Both the position numbers and the translations under genes were made by a program. A stretch of 63,990 bases of DNA, filler included, from Basidiobolus ranarum (taxonomy: Eukaryota), in NCBI GenBank assembly GCA_040143965.1. It is 4 parts of 4 records of this genome, joined end to end, with 100 filler letters (N's around TTAATTAATTAA, not from the genome) between each part and the next. Parts side by side here need not be neighbours in the genome. Positions count along the whole stretch, not along the records: positions 1 to 16,330 come from JASJQH010007220.1; 3 more parts are not named here. The stretch is one strand, 5' to 3'. Shown here one piece after another: positions 1-12,635 of this stretch. How positions within the stretch are numbered: position 1 is the first letter of the stretch; the number at the start of each line of letters is the position of its first letter. Below the pieces are notes generated by a model, which saw nothing but the letters and a program-made list of their open reading frames with translations, was not told the origin of the DNA and ran no database searches.

Positions 1-441
1 TCCCATATTGGAGGTGAGAATACTAAAAAATATTAAAGGAATTGCAATGATCATAATTTAGGTTGCATTGGTCAGCGCCCAAGTATATATTGAATGAGCT
101 GGGTGCCTTTTGCTACAATAGTGAAGTGTACTAAACAGATGATAAAAATTCTGTGAAGATTTACTCAAGTTGCATAAATGTTTGGGATAGGTGCAACATA
201 TTATAGTTGAATAAGGTAAAGTGTTGAGTGTATCTAAAATGTATTGGTAGGATAAAAGGTATAGATGTAATGAGTTTCTATTCAGTGAAAGGAAGCAATT
301 CGTGTTAAAAAGGAAACTTCGTTGGGATGCTTTATGCCAATTCAAGAAAATCAATGAGCTACAAAACAATTAAAATTAAGGGTCAAATTTACAAACGGCA
401 ATATGGTGAAGGCTGTTGGAGGTTGAATATTAGTGACAAGT

Positions 442-3400
442 TTAGATAAAGACATCAACAGGGACTAAAAATTCTCGTGAGAACACAGCAGCGTTTAGGT
501 TCTCTTCCTTCAAAAACTGTGTAGGAAATTGTACCAAGTGTCCTTTCACATGGGACAGTAAGCCGCGGATGGCATCCGTAGGTAGGTTTGTCAGTGCTGA
601 ATGACCATACTTCACTACATGAGGATCAGGAGCAAATGCCTTGTATTCATCCCAGGTGGTTACTAAATGAATCGTATGAGTGTCACATGTTACAAATAGT
701 ACACAATTGCTAAGAAAAAGTACCAGTATCGTCAGGAACACAGCGGAATACGTCCCGGAATAACTCGGTGTTTTCGCGGGATGTCTTCAGCCATATATCA
801 TTGAAAAAGATATCGCACAAAGGATCCATAACTATTTCGTCAGGGTTGATTTCTGGTTTTTTACCTTCTGAAACAGAACTCGAGTTCTGTTCACTTGTGG
901 TATCATAGTCTAGTTTGGTGATTTCAGCCATGTCCATGTCAGGTAAAAACCCTAGATGCTCTTTAAACAAATTACAGCGGAGGGTATGAGCGAATCTCGA
1001 TGCCAAATACTGTAAATATATTAATAAAAAGTCTTTTTTGATGAAAAAGTTAGGAAATTTACATCTTTGCCGTCCATTCGAGAGGGAACTCCATCTTCAT
1101 CTTCTATAATTAACCCAACTTCCGAATCACGATTTCCAAGCATAGAGCGGTCATTAATGTTGGCTAGAGATTCGAAATTTGGTTAGTACGTGTGCCGCTT
1201 AAATTCAGTTTTAAATTGCACTTTCTTACCTGAACCACAGAGAACAATACGATCATCGACAATCATCAATTTACTATGGATGTACGTTAGCTCCGTAATA
1301 AATCTTCCCTCACTCGGGATCTTTTCATGCCTAGTGACTACATTGGAACCAGCCGGGGTTTGTGAAATTGGACTACCTTCGGATCGCGGTGTTTTGGAAG
1401 AAATGGAATTTTTCGAATGAATCGAAACATGCGAAGAGGATCCCGAGTTCAGTAATTGTCGATTGCCGATTACATCATTCGTCGAATTGCTTTGACTACC
1501 ACTTTGTTTCGTTGACTCAAAGGTTAGACGGCCTTGGCTCGTATCGACTTTGAGCCCATCTGGAGCAATAGGAGACTCTAAATCGTTCGCTTCTGAGTCT
1601 TCGATTGTGGTAACTTCTGTCACAGTAACTTTCATCGCAGTTTTCTCGTCAAAAGTATCGCTACCAGAATTGCCAGAGTCATCGGGGGGATCATCCGAGA
1701 ATACGTTATGTGTTGGATTTTGGAGATTGATATGAACATCAGCAGGAGTGCCTTCTACAAAAACATGATCTATATCGGCATCATTTTCATCCGGCTCGTC
1801 GAGGTTAAATTCATCGTCAAGAGAAGATTGAGCGTTAGGACCAGAGTAGTTAGGATTCTTAATGAAATCATAGTTTCTCAAACCAAAGAAGGTAATATAA
1901 TCACTAGGTACAATTCCTTCAGCGGTTAGACACTCAAAGATCGAATTCTTGCCTTTACAAATCGACATAAATTGCCAGTGCATTACAAGTCTAATAGTAG
2001 TAGCATTGCTAGCATCGATACTATTTTCAAAACCAGGAAGGAGTGGCATAATGACAATAATTTTGAATTTGGTCTTTTCTTGATGCGCCTTTTTAATACG
2101 CTCCACTAGGGCCATGCCGATTTTGTTCTTTACAGTGTAGCCTGAGGTATCTGCAGCCGAGGTGACAAAAAATTGATTTTCAATGTAAATAAACGGCTTT
2201 GCTTGCCTAAACCACCAAACATACGCATCATACACATAAGGCTCTATATAAATACCACTACTCCCCTCAGAACTACAACCCAAAACCTGCACACGACAGG
2301 TACCTTTCTGCTCGGTCTCTTCCCGTCCGATTGCATATTCTCCTTTAGGAATCAAGTAAGGAATATTTTGCTTTTGGGTAGCTTTCCAACTTTTAATGAA
2401 ATTCCATCGTTCAACAAAGTGCCTTTCAACGTCTCTTGCAGAATTTCCATGCACACAAAGTCCAATATCATGCCAAGGCAGGCGAGAAAACTTTTTGCGG
2501 TTAATAAGGTCAATGTCAAATTGTGGAACTAAGTATTTTTAAACAATGGTTAATAATCGTATTTGTCATGAGGCCTTGCTTATAAACTGTACCATTTCGA
2601 AAATCTTTGATTCTAGGATTGGAATAATCTTGGCCAGGCCATACTTCATCCTCGGAGTTTTTGTGGTAATCAGCTAGTCGATGGGCGTGGGTGTCCCAAC
2701 GTCTGGAAAAGAAGATAAATATTTTGAAAAGTCAATGGATTTGAAAACACACTTACCCAAAGCATAAATCAAGACCACCTAGGAATGCGACTTGAGAATC
2801 TACAATGCACATTTTCTAAACAAACAGAGAAAACGATTATAAATTTGAATTCCCTAACAATAAATAATATTTGCATAAAATACCTCGTGATGCTGTTACC
2901 GATATTAGCAATGTCAAAAACAAAATCATCAGGTTAGCTCCAACCCAGTGAACAAGACATAAATACAATAAATAACATACCGCCCAGAACATAGTCCCTC
3001 CAGGAACGTGATCAGGATGTCGCTGAACAACAATATTTGGATGAAGACTCTTGAGGGTTTCTTTAGTGTATTGAGAAGAGATTGGCAAAGCGTAGGTCAC
3101 TTCTTTGTAAACAACAATATAAATCGCCAGTCCTTCTTCAGCTTTCTTCAGAAGTAAGCGGTCTAGGCGAAATTCTTGGTTATCTTTGGGTGGGCGTCGC
3201 ATATACTGACAAAAATACTACGTTAGCTTTTGGTGAATCCAGAATAAATTAATTGAATACACTACCATTACAGGACTAAGCCACCAGTCTTCTATATATA
3301 TGGTGTGCTTGGCATTGAGGAGAGCTTCCGAAAGATCTTGGAAATAGTCAAGTCCGTCAACATACCATTTAGCTCTAACGCTATCACGTACTGGAGCGAA

Positions 3401-5060
3401 TGAATCAAACCGGTTTCTCTGAACCCAGATCGAATTCCTTTGTATCTGCTCAAGATTTTTAATCCATTCATGAACATGCCCCTCACTACTAGCACGCAAA
3501 TCAATCCTACGGAATCTATTTCCTATTGTAATGGTCCTTCGTCGAAGCGGGTTTTTACTTTCTAACGAATGCTCAACAATGAAATGTTTGTTGCAAAGAA
3601 GAATATCCTTTGGAGAGCTATCACTAATGGAGTTGCAGAAAACCACACAAGAATCTCTAATCGCGATCCAATCTGAGCGCCAACGACTGGGCCGAGTTCC
3701 ACTACAGCATCGACCAGTAGTTTTCTTCACACGATTGTCCAAGTAACCTTCTTTACCTTTCCATCCCAAGTCGCGAATCAGGGAAATCGAACTGGCTTCA
3801 AGAAAAGCGCAAAATTCAAAAGTAACTTTCAGATTAAGTACATTCATTAATTTCAACAAGTATTTCTCGACTGCTTTTCTTCTTTCATAAGCAATCTGTC
3901 TAAGTCTTTCATCTCTTCCGGCTCCTCCGTGAACCTTATCCAATACTTTATCAACTGCGTAGCTCAATTGACTTGGGAAGGCAGGAATTTTAGGCAGTTT
4001 CCCTTGGAAATGCCGAAATGTAAGCAAAGTGTGCAATCTCACAAAGTCATACATTCGTCGATAAATAATCCATTTTGCATCACCGTATTCCAGCTCGATA
4101 CGGAAATAAAAATGGTCATGGTGGAGTTGCTTATTCGGATTTATATCTGATTCTGTGATTCTAAGTTTGAGAAATTTGAAAACTATTGGAGGCTACAGTA
4201 AATTACGAGGGAAGAAATTGTCAGGTATCTTGCCTATTGTCAAAAATGGTGATGATCTCTTACCGGCTTTAGTCCCCACTCATCTCTCTGCACCCAAAAC
4301 ATAGGAATGGCAAGGGCAGTCTCCATCAGTGGAGAAAATCGTGCCATCTCTGATAGAGATTTCGGTTTTCCCTTTTTCCAACTAGTTGTACTGAAAATAA
4401 CCGAAGATGACATACGATTCATTATTCGACGAAACTTGTTTTTCACAGAATCCGAAGATATATGCTCTTCACCTTCTTCATGGCTAAGTGAAGGCATTGA
4501 AGAAAATGTATGATTTCGCCTATTATCAAATTGAACCGTCTGTCGTCGTGGCTTACTAGTGCCAGGGAGATTGTCTCCGGTTGAAGAGCGTACAATCATG
4601 TTTGCGCCTCTATTCTCAGTGGATTCCGAACCTTTATAACTCGGAATTTCATTTTGGGTACTATCAAACGTACTGGAAAAGTTGCTCCTTTGATTGTCTT
4701 TCACAGCTGTACCTCTTGTTTCTCTCTCGTTACTATGTCTAGTATTTTTAGTTTTTTGGCGAAGGAGAAAAAGAGTTGTATCCCAGTCATTGGGTTTGGT
4801 ATTAGCTTCAGATATGTTTTCTCTGAAATTACCTTCGGATGAATGACGACGCCTTATGCTAGGTCGTAAAAAAAGGTAGTTTCCATCTGGTTCCTCAGGT
4901 TCTGTCGTAGAATTGACAACTATTTGAAAGCGGATGAATGGATGTTTAGAAAATTATAATACAGGTGGTAAGATACTTCAAAAATAATACCTGATGAAAC
5001 ATTCTCTTCGGATTCATTGGCGTTAAGTGGCTCAGTAGAACCTCTTTGGTTCTTTCGCAT
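442..5060 (-). CDS. PLD1: Phospholipase D1 (Spo14-like), multi-exon, PX/PH region plus two HKD motifs
   Basis: Spliced translation gives [25 protein letters not shown] (HKD1), [13 protein letters not shown] and [11 protein letters not shown]...ANINDRS (HKD2). Probable ATG at 5060 with GT-AG introns; stop at 442-444. Confidence 0.93.
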
Positions 5061-7421
5061 CTGAAACTAATTTGGGAACACTTGAGACGATGGCAAAAGT
5101 AGAGGAGATAAAGATGGTCGAGTAAAGAGACTAAAATCCACTTGATAGAAAGGACGACGTTGAGAGGGCGTTGTGGAATTAGTACTTAGCGTGAATGTTA
5201 GTAAGAGGAGTAGTTAGATAAAGGATATCTGTTGATAAGTATGGTCTTGAATAGTGTTTATTATGCAAGGGTATAAGGGCGCGTGTGAGTTTGTGCCAAG
5301 TATGTTTAGAGCAATTTAGTATGAATAGAATCTGGATAAGGCATATACTGCATCAGTTTTTAAATTAGGATCATGTTGATGGCCAATCCATGAATGAAGA
5401 GATATTTACTAATAAATGGTATCTGATGATTTCCAATCGTTAAAGTCGGGACTTGTTGCCACACCAAAATCAAAAATAACCATAAATATCAAATAAAATT
5501 CAGAAACAAAAGTAAGATGTTTTGGACCGCATAGGCTTTAGCAAGTGCAAGTTTTAAGCCCGCTCAAAGCAGTGACTGAACTTGTTGGGTTTGCCCAACT
5601 TAATAGTGATCATTTTGTTGTAGCATAAATCCAAAGTAATTTTGTAGAAGCAACGTAATCACCGTGAAAACGCACATACGCACTATTTCCTCGATTCAAT
5701 ATTATGACGGTCGCTTACAGTAATTGCTAGTGCTTAAATACCCAGGATTTAGTTGGCTAGCATATACACTACACCGCTTGTAGCATGGTTTATTTGGATA
5801 CAATGTGATAATTTTCACCAAGACGATGGCTAGGCAATTGGCATTTTGCTTGACTTCCACCGTAGCTGTAAATCCTTTGGCAGTCTTTGGCAATCGATAT
5901 CTGCCTCAGATCATGTATGAGTATAGTAAATGGAATTCCATATCTCATGCTGTAGAGATTAAGAACCATCGGTCCCAGTCTATAATTAGATCTATCATCT
6001 GTGATATTCTACGATGCAATTTCTCTTTGCGGGACCAGAAAAACAGGTTTATCCTGTTGAGAGTAGAAACCAATTTCAGATCCATATCTCAGAGCAGTAA
6101 CATGTAGAACGGTGAAGCTCTGGTGAGTTTATTTACTTTTCACGGTTCTTAGCGCCCGAGTGGAAAAGGAAAAATCGATCCGGCGGTGGAAGCTCTAGTG
6201 TAATGCTGTAACTCAAAACGTTGAATGCTTTGATGGGCTAATTTCGTGATGATGTTCCCCATATTTATCAACTAATCAGGACCCAGCATTACTCTATATT
6301 GATCCTTCGGAGGTACAATTGTATTTTTACGCCCAGTAAGAATTCTTGGAAGTGATGTTCTCAATATGAGGGGATTGTTTGGTGAGTCAAAGAGGGAAAA
6401 CTCGGAAGTGAAGGCTGATAATTATCTCCTGACTCCAATTATCTAGAATAGTAATAATTGTATCTTGATCCCGCTTGAAGCATTGCATCTACAATCCTAT
6501 TAGTATCTTGAACAGTGAGCGTTCTCCTACATCCATCGTTACATCTAATCTTTCCCGCATGACAGCTTTCAATTCACGTTTCCTAATGATCTGCTGGAGG
6601 AGAATAGCAAAAAGCATCACTTTCCTGGGAGGTATGGCTGCTGATTTCTTGAAACTTCCACGATGAAGTAGCCAACAATCTTCTGGGGATATACTGCCTC
6701 ACTTGTTTAGAAGAAAACGTAGTACATTCTAATCTGAAATTCAATAGTGCCAACCTGCAATTGTGCTGATCATATGCAAGCTTATAATGCTTGGAGATTT
6801 TTAGAAATAATTGCAACAGCGCTATTTGTTGTAGTACCTAAATCTGATATTGTCAATTTAGCACATTCGTTGTGGAAATAATTTACTATAATGACAATGA
6901 TAGGAGAACCAAATATCAGTATTCTCCAGTTGAAGTATTAGCACTAAGAATCCTAGTGAGAGAGTGTATCATAAATGCTTTTTCTAGAAATATGCCATAT
7001 ATAATTTGGATATATTAAGAAATGGTGCGACAAGTTTAAACTTTAAGCAGGTCTGACTTTGCTTAATCACAAGAATACATTTCTAACAGTTTTCTACTTG
7101 AGTTTCCACATGTTCAAATATATATAATATCTAGTACTATATCTTTGTTATATATGCATCCTGTGTCTGATAACATAGAAATAGGCCATGTACTAATTTT
7201 AATGAACCGACTTTCAATTTAGCGCCTAAGCATTAAGATATCACATGTAGAATAGTTTGCTTTTCTTCAGTGAAAATATGTAATCAAATATCTTCATACC
7301 AATTTTGCATATCTTGTAGAAAAAAACTCTCTTTGGATTGCTTGAAACCGGGAAAATTAGTCATGTTTTTATATTTCTTCACTTTCTCCATGAGTGTTAA
7401 TGTATATTTCAAACGCACTTA

Positions 7422-7937
7422 GACTGTTAAAGTATTTTTGGAGCCTGTTGGAAGTGGTTTGGAGAACTAGAGAAATTGGTGTTTTTCACTTATTGATTTA
7501 TTGAGTAGAATATTTTTACCGACTTAGAAGTTCTCAGATATATAGATTTTTCAAACTTGTGCTAGAAGCCCCAAACTTTGCACACATGTTCCTGGGACTT
7601 TTGTAACATATTTACATGTTAGTTTTTGGCTACATCTTCACAAAAGTATAAATGTCAACTTTCTACTCAATAAGTCAATAAGTGAAAACCACCAATTTCT
7701 CTAACTCTCCTAACCACTTCCAACATGCTCCGAAATACTTTAACAGTTTGGGGCTTCTGGGAAAGTTTGAAAATCTATATATCTTCAAACTGCTAAGTAA
7801 ATTCCTGTTGAGAATAGTGGGTGAAATCTCAGCACAATATGGAATAACTAAATACTGAGCTATATATAACTAAATACATGTTTAGGCTATGTTAATTTCA
7901 ACATCAACAACATCTGGTACTATTAATAGAACCAGAT
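7422..7937. mobile_element. Modular long-inverted-repeat (foldback/MITE-like) element, copy 1
   Basis: 7422-7510 is an inverted copy of 7661-7748, and 7524-7577 is an inverted copy of 7745-7797. The same modules recur at about 16211-16305 and 25946-26360. Confidence 0.75.
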
Positions 7938-8497
7938 TTGACAACTTCAACATGAATTGATTTGCTAGAAGGAAAGTTGGAGTGACAATCAATACCTGTT
8001 AAATATATTCAAAACAAACATAGAGATTTCAATTTTTGAAAAGACTTTGAACACTGCAACTAATATGCTTAACTAATCTTATGAGTATTGAGGTGCAATG
8101 TATTGCATTTCAGCATCTCTTTCTAATTTTGTGTACAATAAAGGCAGAAGGCTCAATAAAGAGAAGATCAAGAGCAATCAAAGTACACTTGGTGGAGTAA
8201 ATGAGCCAAAGTAGTAAGAATCTCAAGTCTATTATTTCAGAAAAGCCAAGGTAGATTTTAAGTTGTGAAAATTACATTCTCCTCCACAATATAACTGACT
8301 CATATTCATCCATACTACCTGACTAAATCATTATTTAGAGAAGAGAAAACTAATAGTAAGCAGTGCAAGGCTCCACCTAGCAGTGTTATAAGGCTCTCGG
8401 TATCACGTGACATATAAATACTTTCCTATTATATTTTGTATATCAGCACAAGTCAACTATGGCTTTACGCTTAAAGCATTCATTACGGATCTGTTAT

Positions 8498-8633
8498 CAT
8501 GGCCATCACTGTCACATAATAGATATTAAGTATCGTATTTATTGACGAGTGCTCATATGATTTACTACGAGCTCAGTCCATAAAAAGAGGCCACTCATTC
8601 TGCCATATCTATTATGTGACAGTATTGGCCATG
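8498..8633. repeat. 136-bp hairpin / MITE-like element with 29-bp terminal inverted repeats
   Basis: CATGGCCATCACTGTCACATAATAGATAT (8498-8526) pairs with ATATCTATTATGTGACAGTATTGGCCATG (8605-8633), 2 mismatches. Confidence 0.75.
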
Positions 8634-9046
8634 CCGTCTATAGGTACAACTATCTGAGGCTGTACTCGTGAAGTTCACTTACAGACAGACGAGTAGTACA
8701 CATGCTCTCAGAACTGGTTTTCCGCCATTAGGCTTATGAAGCTGATGAAATGTCTCACTAGTGCTCTCCTTGGTAATTATGACAGATCTGAAACACTCAG
8801 ATTTCTAAACCTTGAAAGTGATAGAATTCCCGAAATCTACTTACTGTAACTGAGGGGCGGGCGTGCTTTGATATAGTTGAGATATAGTAATGATCGCTGA
8901 AGTGATTGTATTGGCTGCCTTGTTCCTTTAAATATGATATCTAACAGAAGATAAACCAGCAGCTTCCTCGGGAAACTTACAAATTCATTGACCTACTTGG
9001 AGCTAAATTAGTTCTGTCCGTACCTCCGATCACCTCAGTACTAAGC

Positions 9047-10577
9047 ATGACCTACACAACCAGTCAAGAGCATGAAATGGGCGACGTGACTTTCAAAGAG
9101 GAGCAAATGAACAAAGTCGAATATGACTATGTCGTTGATGAACCAGAGCGTACTGGTACTTCATTTGGTGCATACTTCAATATTGTGTGCATTGTTGCTG
9201 GGACTGGAGTTCTTCAAATGGCTTATGCCTTCACTCTTGCTGGCTGGATAAGTGTTGTAATTACTGTTTTGTCCGCTTTACTCGCAACTTACACTGGATC
9301 CATTTTGATAAAATGCCTATACTATAAAGGGTTTGTAAAGCAATATTTCTCTTGGTTAACATACAAGGGCTCATTTCTTTTTCCTTTCAGGCCAAAACAC
9401 CGGCTTGAAGGCTATGCTGCCATTGGCGAGGCAGCCTTTGGCCGCTTTGGTAAAATCTTCACTCAGATATTCCAATACTCTATTTTGCTAGGTGTTTCGT
9501 GTCTCTATATTATTTTGACAAAATTCAGCCTGAAAGACTTGACCGATCAACTCGGTTGGGCTATTGATAGTAAGATTTGGTATGTCTGATGGTTAATCTT
9601 CAACTGAATAAGTATTGACAGATTCTGGGTTGATATAGGGCTACTACAGCTGCATGTGTTGTGTGGATCCCTTTTGTTACGCTACGCACTCTCAAAGAGG
9701 TATCCTGGTTAGCGTAAGTGCTCTATTGGTCGTTACTTTGGAAGCATCATGTGTCTAACTGAGGTATGCAGAATCTTTGGTGTGATAGCAACCGTATATG
9801 TAGTTATTGTCATAGGTATCTCAGGAATGATGAATATTGATAACCATCGAGACAGTGAACACAGAACCATTATACCTTCTGGGCTTCCTATGGGCCTGGC
9901 AGCCATTAGTTTTTGCTTTGGTGGAACTCCAGTCTATCCTCATATTGAGCAAACCATGAGAAAACCAAAAGATTGGAACAAAGTTCTGATGTGGGCCAGT
10001 GTTACCTGTTGTCTGATTTACCTGTGTGCGGGTATCTTTGGCTACTATGTATATGGTCAGGCATCGCAAGCTCCTATTTTTTTGAGTTTACCCAAAGGGG
10101 CTTTGAACACGACTTCAACAGTTGCCATCACTCTTCATGTGTTATTGGCGGCCCCGATTATGCTGACCAGTTTTTCTATGGAGGTATGTCCGCAAAGTGA
10201 TGATTTGCTGCAGAAAATACAACATTTAATTCCTATTTTGAATAATACAGATTGAAAGCTATTTCAAAATCAACACAACCTACAGAAGTCGAGCACAGTC
10301 ATTTACGTACCGTCTTGCTCTTCGCACAGTCATTCTCATAGTACTTACGGTGGTAGCCATGTTTGTGGAACACTTTGGTGCTTTCATGTCGTTAATTGGT
10401 GCCATTTCGAATACAATGGTTATTTTCATACTTCCAGTTGTGATGTATTTGAAGCTCTTTGGACTACGCCAGAATTTTTTCCACCTCACAATGTGCTTCG
10501 TTTGTATTGTGGTCGGTATTATCTCGTGTGTCCTTGGAACAAAAGATGCCATTATTGCCTTGAAAGCGGTACTTTAA
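9047..10577 (+). CDS. Amino acid transporter (Aa_trans/AVT family), multi-exon
   Basis: TSFGAYFNIVCIVAGTGVLQMAYAF, FCFGGTPVYPHIEQTMRKP and FGAFMSLIGA motifs; many TM segments; GT-AG introns. Confidence 0.9.
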
Positions 10578-12635
10578 AGTTGAGGTGCCTATTACCATTG
10601 TGGTCACCATAGATAGCATGAACTACTCATCAGTAAGTAAACATTTTAGTAGGCAATAAGTAGAACGACTGATATCGAAATTTTGAAACCATTATTTTCC
10701 CAGGCCTCATTTTCATAAATAAACTGGATTTGCAACGCGTTTTGCGAACTCTGCACATCTTTTAAAATGGAACATTCGAAAGCCAAAATGAGGATAGGAT
10801 CGACAATATGAGTTGATGCGTCTAACCAAGATACACACTTTATATCCAATGATAAGTCTTTAGTTGGCTATCTCCCCCGCGCTACTATGTGTAATAACTG
10901 ACACTAAATCTCGTTACTTTTCGAGGAAGCCCATGTAAAGTGAGCAGTCGAAGTCCACAGGACCAAGTGTGGATACTCCAAATAATCCGTGAATTCCACT
11001 AGAAGCTGAAGAGTAAAAGTCGGAGTATCATTAAAATAAAGTATAGTGCCATTTTATTGACTATTAAAGAGTACAAGACTCAATTTTGTTAAACATAGGG
11101 GACTGGATCACTGAGGATTAGCAACAAACATGCATATCTCCCATAAGATGGGCTGACATTGACGTTGAAATAATGAAGAGAAAGCAGGATCTTTAGTCAC
11201 AGTCTTCAAAGCAAACAAATCGAAATCCATTGATCCAGCTTTGCTGTAGTGCAAAATCTTTTACCTCTTTAGTAAAGATGTCCAGCTCAAAACAAGTTAC
11301 CATACCTTATGAACCAACGAACTGTCGATCATTCCATTTATGCTTTTAGCTAGGTATCACAATGATTGGTGACTAAGGATGTGTGTTTGCTCTCCAAATT
11401 TATTATCGCTCGCTATACGATGCTTCCGTACCTAGCTCAACTGTATATCAACCAGTTTGTTTGTCTGTTCCTTATTATAACCGCATATGTCTGTATATCT
11501 CCAACCTCATGAGATTTTCTGATATTGTACTGTAGTGGACTTCTCATTTGTCAAATTTATCATTCTCCGTAGGCAATATTTAAGATATACCAGGCAGCAA
11601 TTGGACTATAGACGCAAGGTGTATTTCTTCAAAAGGTACCAAGTTCATTTCACATAGTTGTATAGTATATCAAAAGATACTAGATATCATCAATAGCTCT
11701 CAATTATGCATCATACTCTACTTAGAATCATGTTTAACCCATTGAAGTATTGTAAATATGTGAAAATTCTAGCACTTTTGACATATGAGTGTGATGGGGG
11801 GTACATTGAATATATTCTCTTTATGTAGATGTATTATACTTCAAATGGGGCCAAATAATGGCTTGAGTACTTTTCAGAATTCACTCCAGATTCCTTCACA
11901 TTCGCAAGGTATAATAAATTGTTTAGTAATTTCACCAGAAAAACAAGTGCACCACACCAAAGAAAAATTCATTGTATCTGAGAAATCAGTCTGTTATAAA
12001 ATATCCCAACGCTCCTCAATCAGCGTAGAGAAATTTACTAACTGGCAACTCACTGCTCTCAATCTGGATTTTGGCATTGATATTCGGCCATATATTCCTG
12101 CACTGTGGAATCCATCACACTAGTAGTCGATTTATTACTGTCCACCATGCACTTACGCAAGTGGGCTTCACCTACCATCAAGGGAATAGAATTGAAACCA
12201 TCCCTTGTCATATTACTTATAATGATGAAATGATTAGTTACTGCAATTGCCAATCATTCAGCTAGTAACAAGTTATCAGGAATGATTTAATCGCAGTCCC
12301 TTATCTGCTTAAACAAAGACTCAAGGATCAGGCGATTTTGACAAGTGCTTTAATGAGTAAAAAGATTGGTATTACATTCCATGTATTGATCATTGAATCT
12401 CAGGTTCTACGAATAATATGACTTCGTATTCATTAATAGTTGCATTTGGTAAAATAAAGAGGCATTTCAATTTCATTAATGGAAAACATCTGGTTTGTCA
12501 TCTAACCGCATTATAGGTAGAACCAAGAAAAAAAACACTTGAAAGAGCCGACTCAGTGCTCTCCAATATATTGCTTGTCTAGTATTCATTGGTCATAACC
12601 TTCATCTTTATCATCTAAATTATAACTTAACAGAA

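Noticed and set aside
5702..6816. Short ORFs and protein-like fragments upstream of PLD
   Set aside because: Interrupted by stops, with no recognisable motif or splice pattern, so a gene or pseudogene call cannot be supported.
12180..12290. ITYNDEMISYCNCQSF resembles the start of a SWIM zinc finger of a MULE transposase
   Set aside because: Stops follow, the closing CxH is absent, and no DDE motif is recognisable nearby.
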